Shown: positions 18,109-26,355 of the stretch, one piece after another
Layout of the letters: each line of letters starts with the position of its first letter
How positions within the stretch are numbered: position 1 is the stretch's first letter
Assembly: GCA_028869975.1 (NCBI GenBank)
Contig: JAGWQR010000258.1
Coordinates: forward strand, 1 to 34,865
Origin: Alphaproteobacteria bacterium
Lineage (GTDB): Bacteria > Pseudomonadota > Alphaproteobacteria > Sphingomonadales > Sphingomonadaceae
Length of the DNA: 34,865 nucleotides
Direction: 5' to 3'
Program-made: the position numbers and the translations under genes
Notes under the pieces: model-generated
The model's database searches: none
What the model was told of the DNA's origin: nothing
The model's input: only the letters and a program-made list of their open reading frames with translations

Positions 18109-20577
18109 TTATTCGCCGAAGGTGCGCTGCCACCAGCCGCGCCGGGGGGCTGCTTCGGAGGCATCAGCCTGCGCCACCGGTGCGTCTGCAACCGCGCTCA
18201 AAGCGCGTGTATCCAGTGCGGCGGCATCGGCGATTTCGGGTGCAGCTTCGGCTTCGGCCTTTTTGGTGCGCGGTTTGCGCTTGGGCTTGACGGCGGGTGC
18301 CTCCGCGACCGGGGCGGTATCTGCTTCGGCGTTGATCTCGGCGGCCGCAGCGGCTGCCGGTGCCTTGCGACGCGGCGCGCGCCTGGGCTTGGGCGCAGGA
18401 ACGGGATCATCTTCGATGAAGACATCTGGTTCAATTATTTGCACGTCGGTGTGCGGCGATTCAGACTCGACGATGGGCATGGTATCGGCATCGTCCCCGG
18501 CACGTTCAGCAGCTTCGCGCATCCGCTTGCCACCACGCCGGTTTCTGCGCGAGCGTCTCCTCGGCGTAGATTCTCCATCGGTATCATTCTGTCCCATGCC
18601 TGTGGGCTGCTCGTCCGCCTCGAAATCCTCTGTCGCATCTGTATCCGCATTGGCATCGGTGCTGCTGTTGACCCGCTCATCACGATCAGAACGTCCGCGC
18701 CGCCCGCGTTTGCGCCGCGAGCGCCGCTTACGCTCCTCGTGGGGTTGTTCTTCGTCCTCGACTACCTCGTCATAAACAGGCGCGAAATCGTCCTCATCCT
18801 CCTCATCGGTGAGGATAGGATCGAAGCTGGGCGTGAATGCGGGCGGCGGGCCGCTGGCACCCACAGTCATCCGTGCGCCTTCGATTTCTCCATCGGCCAG
18901 CACCTCGACACGCACGCCATAGCGGATTTCGAGTTCGATCAGTTCACGCCGCTTGTTGTTGAGCAGGTAGCAGGCGGCTTCCTGGCTCGCCTTCAATGTG
19001 ATGAGGCTGCCCTTGCCGCGTGCGGCTTCCTCCTCGATCATCCGCAGTGCGGAAAGACCGGCGGAAGAGGCGGTGCGCACCAGCCCGGTGCCCTCGCAAT
19101 GCGGGCAGGTTTTGGTTGAGGCTTCGAGCACACCGGTGCGCAGCCGCTGACGGCTCATTTCCAGCAGGCCGAAGCTTGATATGCGCCCGACCTGGATGCG
19201 CGCGCGATCATTGGCGAGCGCGGCTTTGATGGTGCGCTCGACCTTTCGGATGTTGGCACCATGCTCCATGTCGATAAAGTCGATGACGACCAGCCCGGCC
19301 ATGTCACGCAGACGCAACTGGCGGGCGATTTCCTGCGCCGCCTCGATATTGGTGTTGGTGGCGGTCGCTTCCACGCCATGCTCGCGCGTGGCACGGCCCG
19401 AGTTGATGTCGATCGAGACCAGCGCTTCGGTCGGGTTGATGACGAGATAGCCGCCAGACTTCAGTGGCACGACCGGCTGATACATGGCGGCAAGCTGATC
19501 TTCCACGCCATAGCGCTGGAACAGCGGCACCGCGTCGCCATAGGCTTTCACCTTCTTGACATGGCTGGGCATGAGCAGCTTCATGAACTCGCGCGCGGCC
19601 CGGAAACCGGCCTCGCCCTCAATGCTGATCTCGTCAATATCCTTGTTGTAGATGTCGCGGATGGCGCGGCGGATCAGATCGGAATCGGTGTAGATGCGCG
19701 CGGGCGCCGAGGAGGCCAGCGTCTTTTCGCGGATTTCGTCCCACAAGCGGGCGAGATAATCAAAGTCGCGCCGGATTTCGATCTTGGTGCGCTGCAAACC
19801 GGCGGTGCGCACGATGAGACCCATCGTGCCCGGCAGGCTCAAATCCTCGATAATGGAGCGCAGCCGCTTGCGATCGGTCACGTTCGAGATTTTGCGGCTG
19901 ATCCCGCCGCCATTGGTGGAATTGGGCATCAACACGCAATAGCGCCCGGCGAGCGAAAGATAGGTGGTGAGCGCCGCGCCCTTCGAGCCGCGCTCTTCCT
20001 TGACCACCTGCACCAGCAGCACCTGCCGCCGGTGGATGACATCCTGAATTTTGTAGCGGCGGCGGACATTGAAGCGGCGTGCACGCGAGGCGGCGGCATC
20101 GGCACGATCACCATTGCCGTGTGAATCACCGGCATCTCCGCCTATGACTTCAGCCGACTCTGGGCGCTCCTCGCCCTCTTCGAGTGCGTCTTGATAATCG
20201 GCGGGCGGGCCCGAATCAGCTGCGTTGCCGGTTTCGTCTTCATCCAGCGCCGCATCAGCAGCTTCTTGCAGCCGCGCTTCTTCGGCGGCCTGTTCCGCTT
20301 CTTCGCGCAACAAGGCTTCGCGATCTTCTTTGGGGATCTGGTAATAATCGGGGTGAATTTCGCTAAAGGGCAGGAAGCCGTGCCGGTCTTCGCCATAATC
20401 GACAAAGGCGGCCTGGAGCGAAGGCTCTACGCGGGTGACCTTGGCGAGATAGATATTGCCTTTGAGCTGGCGGTGTTCAACCGATTCGAAATCAAATTCC
20501 TCGATCCGGGTTCCCTTGATAACGGCCACGCGGGTTTCCTCCGGGTGGCGCGCATCGATAAGCATACGCATGGCCAT
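18109..20577 (-). CDS. rne: Ribonuclease E
   Basis: S1 domain GNIYLAKVTRVEPSLQAAFVDYG, KEERGSKGAALTTYLSLAGRYCVLMP, VVIDFIDM and the Zn-link CPHCEGTG. Long charged C-terminal tail. I chose ATG 20577 (MAMRMLID) because GGAGA lies 7 nt upstream. The track ORF extends 46 non-protein-like codons further 5'. Confidence 0.95.
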   Translation of the reverse strand: MAMRMLIDARHPEETRVAVIKGTRIEEFDFESVEHRQLKGNIYLAKVTRVEPSLQAAFVDYGEDRHGFLPFSEIHPDYYQIPKEDREALLREEAEQAAEEARLQEAADAALDEDETGNAADSGPPADYQDALEEGEERPESAEVIGGDAGDSHGNGDRADAAASRARRFNVRRRYKIQDVIHRRQVLLVQVVKEERGSKGAALTTYLSLAGRYCVLMPNSTNGGGISRKISNVTDRKRLRSIIEDLSLPGTMGLIVRTAGLQRTKIEIRRDFDYLARLWDEIREKTLASSAPARIYTDSDLIRRAIRDIYNKDIDEISIEGEAGFRAAREFMKLLMPSHVKKVKAYGDAVPLFQRYGVEDQLAAMYQPVVPLKSGGYLVINPTEALVSIDINSGRATREHGVEATATNTNIEAAQEIARQLRLRDMAGLVVIDFIDMEHGANIRKVERTIKAALANDRARIQVGRISSFGLLEMSRQRLRTGVLEASTKTCPHCEGTGLVRTASSAGLSALRMIEEEAARGKGSLITLKASQEAACYLLNNKRRELIELEIRYGVRVEVLADGEIEGARMTVGASGPPPAFTPSFDPILTDEEDEDDFAPVYDEVVEDEEQPHEERKRRSRRKRGRRGRSDRDERVNSSTDANADTDATEDFEADEQPTGMGQNDTDGESTPRRRSRRNRRGGKRMREAAERAGDDADTMPIVESESPHTDVQIIEPDVFIEDDPVPAPKPRRAPRRKAPAAAAAAEINAEADTAPVAEAPAVKPKRKPRTKKAEAEAAPEIADAAALDTRALSAVADAPVAQADASEAAPRRGWWQRTFGE

Positions 20578-21032
20578 GTAATAATCTCCGTGCGCGAACG
20601 CGCCGCATCTGGGGCGCTCGCGGCTTGAAAAATGTGCAGGCGCCTGGCGGGTGACATCCCGGATTGAAGCGCACTGCGACTGGGTTGTGATAAAGTGAAG
20701 CTGCCAAGCGCTCATGCCCGATCATTATCGTCGGGCTGCATTCCCGAGTCACCGCCCGTTCTGGGGAACAAGTGCGGGAGGGGGAATTATGAACCATATA
20801 TCTCAGCATCAACCTGAACTATTGCCCCGTTATCCGGGGTTTATCAAACAGGGAATTGCACCCTGCACACGGCTCTAGCACCGCTTGACGAAGGGAGCAA
20901 GCATTAGCCTGAGCACACTCTGTGCTTGGATTATGGTTAAATTTCCATTCACCGCATTGCTACACCTTGTTTTCGTTCGCCGCGAGTTAGGCCGGGTTCA
21001 TCGAAGCTGAACAACGCGGAAACCAATTTACC

Positions 21033-22274
21033 ATGACCAGAGACTGGATTCGTAGCACAAGATGCTCCAAAACCCCGGCCATGGTGTTTGGAAGTCTTAT
21101 CGCCATGGCGTTCAGCGCCGGTGCCGCGCAGGCCGGGGGCGTTGAGCATATTGTGGTGAACGGAAATCAGGTGATTGTCGATGTGGCGCAGGTGCGCAGT
21201 GTTTCAACGCGCATTCTGGCCAACCCGCCACGGATCGCCCTGGATTTCAGCGGCTCCAGTTATGGCCGCGCGGCGGTGGGCGATGGCCCGGTTTCGGCAG
21301 TGCGGGTTGGCCAGTATGGGGCGAATGTCACGCGCGTCGTGCTAGATCTTGATAGCCCGATGCTGGAGACTGCTGAACATTTCTCGCCCGATGGCAAGCA
21401 GTTCAGCCTGACGCTGCAACCGACCGATACGGACAACTACGCCCTGTTTGCGAACGGGGCCGCAAAGAAAATTCTGGCACCCGGTGCTGCATGGTTTCCG
21501 CCGCCGCGCGCCGGAAGCTCGATCGCCAAGCTGACACCCGCCGGTGCGCCGCTGCCCCGCCCGCACATCTATGGCCCGGCCGGGCGCCCGCTCGTGGTGA
21601 TTGATCCCGGCCATGGCGGGCAGGATCCGGGCGCGATCAACCCCGTTACAGGCCAGCGCGAGAAGGATGTCACGCTGGCGACGGCGAAGAAAATCCGCGA
21701 TGTGCTGCTGGCTTCGGGGCGGGTGCGCGTGGCGCTGACCCGCGAGGACGACCACTTCATCATCCTGCGCGAGCGCTCGGCGATTGCGCGCAACCTTGGC
21801 GCGAACCTGTTCATCTCGATCCATGCCGACAGCGAACCGGGCAGCGATGCGCATGGCGCAACCGTTTATACCCTCTCCGAAACGGCTTCTGACAAAGAGG
21901 CGCAGGCACTCGCCGCGCGCGAGAACAAGGCGGACATCGTCCATGGTGTCAATCTCAATGGCGAGAGTGCCGACGTGACCTCGATCCTGCTTGATCTGGC
22001 GCAGCGCGAAACGATGAACCAGTCATCTCAATTCGCGTCGCTCCTGAAGCGCGAGAGTACCGGCGAGATTCCGTTTAGGGGCGATTATCACCGCACAGCC
22101 GGCTTTGCCGTGCTCAAGCAGCCCGATATGCCGGCCTGTCTGCTCGAAATCGGTTATATTTCCAACGCGAACGATGTGAAGCGCATTGCTTCGGCTGAAG
22201 GCGAAACCCGGATTGCGCAGGGGGTATTGAAGGCGGTCGAAATCCAGTTCGCACGCCAGATGGCCGCCAACTGA
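21033..22274 (+). CDS. N-acetylmuramoyl-L-alanine amidase (AmiC-like, AMIN domain + Amidase_3)
   Basis: Signal peptide and an AMIN-like N-domain (RIALDFSG...VRVGQYGANVTRVVLDL). Catalytic domain motifs VVIDPGHGGQDPGA, FISIHAD and LLEIGYISN. ATG 21081 is an alternative start. Confidence 0.9.
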   Translation: MTRDWIRSTRCSKTPAMVFGSLIAMAFSAGAAQAGGVEHIVVNGNQVIVDVAQVRSVSTRILANPPRIALDFSGSSYGRAAVGDGPVSAVRVGQYGANVTRVVLDLDSPMLETAEHFSPDGKQFSLTLQPTDTDNYALFANGAAKKILAPGAAWFPPPRAGSSIAKLTPAGAPLPRPHIYGPAGRPLVVIDPGHGGQDPGAINPVTGQREKDVTLATAKKIRDVLLASGRVRVALTREDDHFIILRERSAIARNLGANLFISIHADSEPGSDAHGATVYTLSETASDKEAQALAARENKADIVHGVNLNGESADVTSILLDLAQRETMNQSSQFASLLKRESTGEIPFRGDYHRTAGFAVLKQPDMPACLLEIGYISNANDVKRIASAEGETRIAQGVLKAVEIQFARQMAAN

Positions 22275-22302
22275 GGCCATGATGACATCCGGGAGTGCAG
22301 CC

Positions 22303-22476
22303 ATGAAATTTGTCCATCTTCATTCGCGCGGCGGGGATTATATGGTCGCGGTGCAGAATGTCGCCTATCTGCGCAAGGACGAGAACGGCCAGACCAAGGT
22401 GGGCATGGTGGGCGGCGACTCGCTGCTCGTGGTGGGCAGTATCGATGAAATTGCCGCAAAAATTTCTGTGGAGTGA
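22303..22476 (+). CDS. Small hypothetical protein (57 aa), no family recognised
   Basis: ATG 22303 is preceded by GGGAG with a 7-nt spacer. GC3-rich codon usage matches its neighbours. Sequence: MKFVHLHSRGGDYMVAVQNVAYLRKDENGQTKVGMVGGDSLLVVGSIDEIAAKISVE. Two hairpins follow it. Confidence 0.45.
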   Translation: MKFVHLHSRGGDYMVAVQNVAYLRKDENGQTKVGMVGGDSLLVVGSIDEIAAKISVE

Positions 22477-22482
22477 GGAACG

Positions 22483-22501
22483 AACCCCGTCTGGCGGGGT
22501 T
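22483..22501 (+). repeat. Perfect 7-bp GC-rich hairpin AACCCCG-tctgg-CGGGGTT, no U-tract
   Basis: Read directly. It starts 7 nt after the stop of the 57-codon ORF. Confidence 0.6.
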
Positions 22502-22531
22502 GCGCCGCACCAAAAGCAGCAGTAGAAGATG

Positions 22532-22566
22532 AAAAGGCGGTCTAAAGGGGCCGCTTTTTTGTTTTT
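22532..22566 (+). terminator. Rho-independent terminator-like hairpin plus T-tract
   Basis: AAAAGGCGG (22532-22540) pairs with CCGCTTTTT (22551-22559): 4 G-C, 1 G-U and 4 A-U pairs, extendable into the loop. TTTTTTGTTTTT follows it. It ends 20 nt before the argD ATG. Confidence 0.5.
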
Positions 22567-22586
22567 AACGCTTGAAGGAGACCGCC

Positions 22587-23774
22587 ATGACCATAACCCC
22601 GTTGATGCCCGTTTATCCCCGGTGCGGGTTTCGTCCGGTGCGTGGCGAAGGCGTTTATCTTATCAGCGAGGACGGGCGGCGCGCGCTCGATTTTGCCGCC
22701 GGAATTGCGGTGAATGCGCTGGGCCATGGGCATCCCGCTCTGGTCAAGGCGATTGCCGAGCAGGCGGCAACGCTGATGCACGTCTCCAACCTCTATGGCA
22801 GCCCGCAGGGTGAGGCGTTTGCGCAGCGGCTGATCGATAATAGCTTCGCCGACACCATGTTCTTCACCAATTCGGGCACCGAGGCGATCGAATGCGCGAT
22901 CAAGGCGGCGCGGCGCTACCATTATGTGAATGGCGCGCCGGAGCGGCACACCCTCATCTGCTTTGGCAACGCCTTTCATGGCCGCACGATCGGGGCCATT
23001 TCCGCCACCAACCAGCCCAAGATGCGCGAGGGGTTTGAGCCGCTCGCCCCCGGTTTCGTCTATGCGCCGTTCAATGATCTGGCGGCGGCGGATGCGCTGA
23101 TTGATGTCAATACCGCCGGCTTCCTGCTGGAGCCAATTCAGGGCGAGGGCGGGATCATGCCCGCAACCGATGCCTTCCTTAAGGGCCTGCGCGCACTCGC
23201 CGACAAGCATGGGCTGCTGCTCGTGCTGGATGAGGTGCAGGCGGGCTATGGCCGCACCGGCAAATTCTTCGCGCATGAGCATTATGGCATTACGCCCGAT
23301 ATTATGGCGGTGGCGAAGGGGATTGGCGGCGGCTTCCCGCTCGGCGCCTGTCTTGCCACCGAGAAGGCGGCGGCGGGCATGGTGATCGGCACGCATGGCA
23401 GCACCTATGGCGGTGGCCCGCTCGCTATGGCGGCGGGGCAGGCGGTGCTCGATGTTATTCTGGCAGACGGCTTTCTGGAGCAGGTGACCGCGATGGGCGC
23501 GCGGCTTGAAGCGGCGATCAACCAGCTTATCCCCAACCATGACCATCTGTTCGATCATGTGCGCGGCAAGGGGCTGATGCTTGGGATCAAGCTGAAATCA
23601 GACAGCCGCGCCTTTGTGGCCCATGCCCGCGACCATCATAATCTGCTGACCGTGGCGGCAGCGGATAATGTGGTGCGTGTACTCCCGCCTTTGATTATCG
23701 AGGAGGCGCATATTGCCGAGTTTATCGAGAAACTCTCGGCGGCGGCGGCGGACTATCAGGCCCCTGCCTCATGA
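22587..23774 (+). CDS. argD: Acetylornithine (succinyl-diaminopimelate) aminotransferase
   Basis: Class-III aminotransferase motifs [36 protein letters not shown] and PLP-lysine [18 protein letters not shown] chose ATG 22587 behind the GAAGGAGA SD. Confidence 0.93.
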   Translation: MTITPLMPVYPRCGFRPVRGEGVYLISEDGRRALDFAAGIAVNALGHGHPALVKAIAEQAATLMHVSNLYGSPQGEAFAQRLIDNSFADTMFFTNSGTEAIECAIKAARRYHYVNGAPERHTLICFGNAFHGRTIGAISATNQPKMREGFEPLAPGFVYAPFNDLAAADALIDVNTAGFLLEPIQGEGGIMPATDAFLKGLRALADKHGLLLVLDEVQAGYGRTGKFFAHEHYGITPDIMAVAKGIGGGFPLGACLATEKAAAGMVIGTHGSTYGGGPLAMAAGQAVLDVILADGFLEQVTAMGARLEAAINQLIPNHDHLFDHVRGKGLMLGIKLKSDSRAFVAHARDHHNLLTVAAADNVVRVLPPLIIEEAHIAEFIEKLSAAAADYQAPAS

Positions 23775-24697
23775 CCCGGCATTTCCTTGATCTGAGCGAC
23801 GCGGGGGGAGAGGCGGTGGCCACCATGCTCAAGGCGGCGCTGGCGCGCAAAGGCGCGCGCGCTGGCTTAACCAAAGGCGCACCCGATGCCGATGCGCCGC
23901 TCGCCGGGCACACCTTGGCGTGCATCTTCGAGAAGAACTCGACCCGCACCCGCGTGTCGTTCGATATGGCGATCCGGCAGCTCGGCGGCTCCAGCATCGT
24001 GATGGATGCCGGCTCGATGCAACTCGGGCGCGGCGAGACGATTGCCGATACGGCGCGCGTGCTCTCGCGCTATGTCGATGCGATCATGATCCGCACCGAT
24101 GACCATGCCAAACTGGAAGAACTGGCCGCCCATGCCAGCGTGCCGGTCATCAATGGCCTGTCCGACCGCTCGCACCCCTGCCAGATTATGGCCGATCTGC
24201 TCACGGTCATCGAGCGCGGGCTGACGCTCGCGGGCAGTGAGTGGGCGTGGCTGGGCGATGGCAATAACGTGCTCAACTCGATTATCGAGGCGGCGGGGCT
24301 GTTCAAATTCCGCGTTAATATCGGCTGCCCGGAAGGCTATGAACCGGAACAGCGCTATGTTGTTGCCGCGCGCGATGCGGGCGCGACCATCAGCATCATG
24401 CGCGATCCGGAGCTGGCGGTGGCGGGTGCGGATGTGGTGGTGACGGATACCTGGGTCTCGATGGGGCAACATCATGCGCAAGAGAAACTCACCGCAATGA
24501 TGCCCTTTCAGGTCAACGCCCGGCTGATGGCCTATGCCAAGCCAAGCGCGCAATTCCTCCATTGTCTGCCCGCCCACCGCGATGAGGAAGCAACGGCAGA
24601 CGTGCTCGACGGCCCGCAATCGCGCATCTGGGATGAAGCGGAGAACCGCCTGCACGCGCAGAAGGCGGTGCTGCTCTGGTGCCTGGGCAGGTTGTGA
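23771..24697 (+). CDS. argF: Ornithine carbamoyltransferase
   Basis: Motifs [26 protein letters not shown] and [13 protein letters not shown] overlap with the argD stop. Confidence 0.95.
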   Translation: MTRHFLDLSDAGGEAVATMLKAALARKGARAGLTKGAPDADAPLAGHTLACIFEKNSTRTRVSFDMAIRQLGGSSIVMDAGSMQLGRGETIADTARVLSRYVDAIMIRTDDHAKLEELAAHASVPVINGLSDRSHPCQIMADLLTVIERGLTLAGSEWAWLGDGNNVLNSIIEAAGLFKFRVNIGCPEGYEPEQRYVVAARDAGATISIMRDPELAVAGADVVVTDTWVSMGQHHAQEKLTAMMPFQVNARLMAYAKPSAQFLHCLPAHRDEEATADVLDGPQSRIWDEAENRLHAQKAVLLWCLGRL

Positions 24698-25563
24698 GCG
24701 CCGACACCGCCCTTGGCTTCACCGTGCCGGGGCTGCATGTGCGCGGGCGGCTGGTGCGGCTGGGCGGCGTGATCGAGCAGATTCTCTCGGCGCATGGCTA
24801 TCCACCGGTGATCGAGCGGCTGCTGAGCGAGGCGCTGGTCGTTTGTGCGCTGCTCGGGACCCTGCTCAAACATGATGACGGCCAGCTCACCATGCAGGCG
24901 CAGGCGGAGGATAGCGCGGTGTCGCTGCTGGTGTGTGATTACAAGGCAGGATCGTTGCGCGGCTATATCCTGCATGATGCTGAGCGGGTGATGGCGCTGC
25001 CCTTTGAGCCGACTTTGCCTGATCTGTTCGGCACCGGCTATCTGGCGATCACTTTCGATCAGGCGGTTTCGGAGGAACGCTATCAGGGGATTGTGCCGCT
25101 GGAGGGCACATCGCTCGCCGCCGCGATCGAGCATTATTTTGCGCAGTCCGAGCAAGTCCCGTCGCTTGTGCGGGTGTCGGTGGAGGGGGATGTTGCGGGT
25201 GGCATGCTGTTGCAGCACCTGCCCGAGGGTGAGGAAGGGCGCGACCGGCTGCACACAAGGCTAGATCATCCCGAATGGGAGGAGGCCGCAATCCTCGGGG
25301 CCACGATCAAACCGGAAGAGTTGTGCGACCCGGCGCTCCCTCTGGAGACGATCATCTGGCGGCTGTTCAGCCAGGCGAGCGAAATCCGCACGCATGACGC
25401 GGTGCCGCTCTCGCGCGGCTGCCGGTGCGATGTGGCGCATATCCGCGCGGTGCTCGAACAATTTTCGGCCGAAGAACGCGCCACGATGGCCGATGCGGCG
25501 GGTGTCATCTCGGTCGATTGCGCGTTTTGCGCCAAGGCCTTCCCGATCAACCTGGGTGAATAG
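24694..25563 (+). CDS. hslO: Hsp33-family redox-regulated chaperone
   Basis: C-terminal zinc centre CRCD...(27 aa)...CAFCAKAF plus the [10 protein letters not shown] region. The start is uncertain. GTG 24694 gives a GTGA overlap with the argF stop; the track start is 24679. Confidence 0.88.
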   Translation: MSADTALGFTVPGLHVRGRLVRLGGVIEQILSAHGYPPVIERLLSEALVVCALLGTLLKHDDGQLTMQAQAEDSAVSLLVCDYKAGSLRGYILHDAERVMALPFEPTLPDLFGTGYLAITFDQAVSEERYQGIVPLEGTSLAAAIEHYFAQSEQVPSLVRVSVEGDVAGGMLLQHLPEGEEGRDRLHTRLDHPEWEEAAILGATIKPEELCDPALPLETIIWRLFSQASEIRTHDAVPLSRGCRCDVAHIRAVLEQFSAEERATMADAAGVISVDCAFCAKAFPINLGE

Positions 25564-25584
25564 CGGGGAGGGAATCAGCCCCGC
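25563..25584. terminator. 6-bp GC hairpin GCGGGG-N10-CCCCGC spanning the convergent hslO/ubiG stops (possible bidirectional terminator, no U-tract)
   Basis: Inverted repeat read directly. The hslO stop ends at 25563. The ubiG stop (25575-25577) lies in the loop. Confidence 0.3.
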
Positions 25585-26303
25585 ACCACCGCCATGATAT
25601 AGTTGAGCGATAGGTCATCGCTCAGGTGCAGGCCCCGCGTGAGCGAGAAGCTGATGCCGCGCGTTTCAATGGCCTTCAGCCCGGCATCGGCTAGCCGCGC
25701 ACCGAGTTCATCAGGCATGATGAACTTGGCCCAGTCGTGCGTGCCTTTGGGAATCATGCCAAAGCCTTCCGCCAGCGTTACCATGCCGAGTTTGGACTTT
25801 GCGGTGCGGCTGGGCGTTGAGAGGATCATCAGTCCATGGGGCGCAAGGCGCGCCGCAAGCTGGCCGATAAAGGCGGCAGGATCAGCCACATGCTCGATCA
25901 CCTCAAGGCAGGTGACAAGATCGAACACGCCGCGCAGCTGCGCCACTTCGCCCGCATGATAGGTGATTGCAAGGCCACCCGCCTGCGCATGGGCGCGGGC
26001 GGCGTCGATATTTTCCGGCGCGGCATCGACCCCGGTCACCATAGCGCCCAGTCGCGCCAGCGGCTCAGCGAGCAGCCCCGCGCCGCAACCCACATCAAGT
26101 GCCGTCTTGCCGCTGAGCGGACGCATGGCGCGGGCATCCGCACCCCAATGCGCGTTGATTGCCTCGCGGATAAAGCCGAGGCGCACCGGGTTGAGCTTGT
26201 GCAGCATGGCGGATGACCCTTTCGGGTTCCACCAGTCACCAGCGAGCGCTCCGAAATGCGCGGCCTCACGCGGCGTGATCGTGGCGGTGCTTGCGTTTGT
26301 CAT
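25575..26303 (-). CDS. ubiG: Bifunctional 3-demethylubiquinol 3-O-methyltransferase / 2-polyprenyl-6-hydroxyphenol methylase
   Basis: Motifs FGALAGDWWNPKG...LHKLNPVRLGFI, SAM motif LDVGCGAGLLAE, LEVIEHV and PKGTHDWAKFIMPDEL. These align with E. coli UbiG as I recall it. The ATG is at 26303 (MTNAST). Confidence 0.92.
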   Translation of the reverse strand: MTNASTATITPREAAHFGALAGDWWNPKGSSAMLHKLNPVRLGFIREAINAHWGADARAMRPLSGKTALDVGCGAGLLAEPLARLGAMVTGVDAAPENIDAARAHAQAGGLAITYHAGEVAQLRGVFDLVTCLEVIEHVADPAAFIGQLAARLAPHGLMILSTPSRTAKSKLGMVTLAEGFGMIPKGTHDWAKFIMPDELGARLADAGLKAIETRGISFSLTRGLHLSDDLSLNYIMAVVRG

Positions 26304-26355
26304 GGCCTGACTATAACAGGCGCGGCGACAACAAGCGAGCGGCAAAAGGGAGATC

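Noticed and set aside
16621-18775. Two ~450-aa plus-strand ORFs (16621..17985 and 17414..18775) opposite the M48 protease and rne
   Set aside because: Both are antisense shadow ORFs. Their composition is dominated by Arg/Ala/Ser/Gly runs with no recognisable domains, while the opposite-strand genes carry HExxH and RNase E motifs.
22529-22813. ORF starting MKRRSKGAAF... over the terminator hairpin, considered as an arginine leader peptide for argD
   Set aside because: It has no SD. It runs 94 codons into argD out of frame rather than stopping before the hairpin, and it has only two adjacent Arg codons. It does not have the architecture of a leader peptide.
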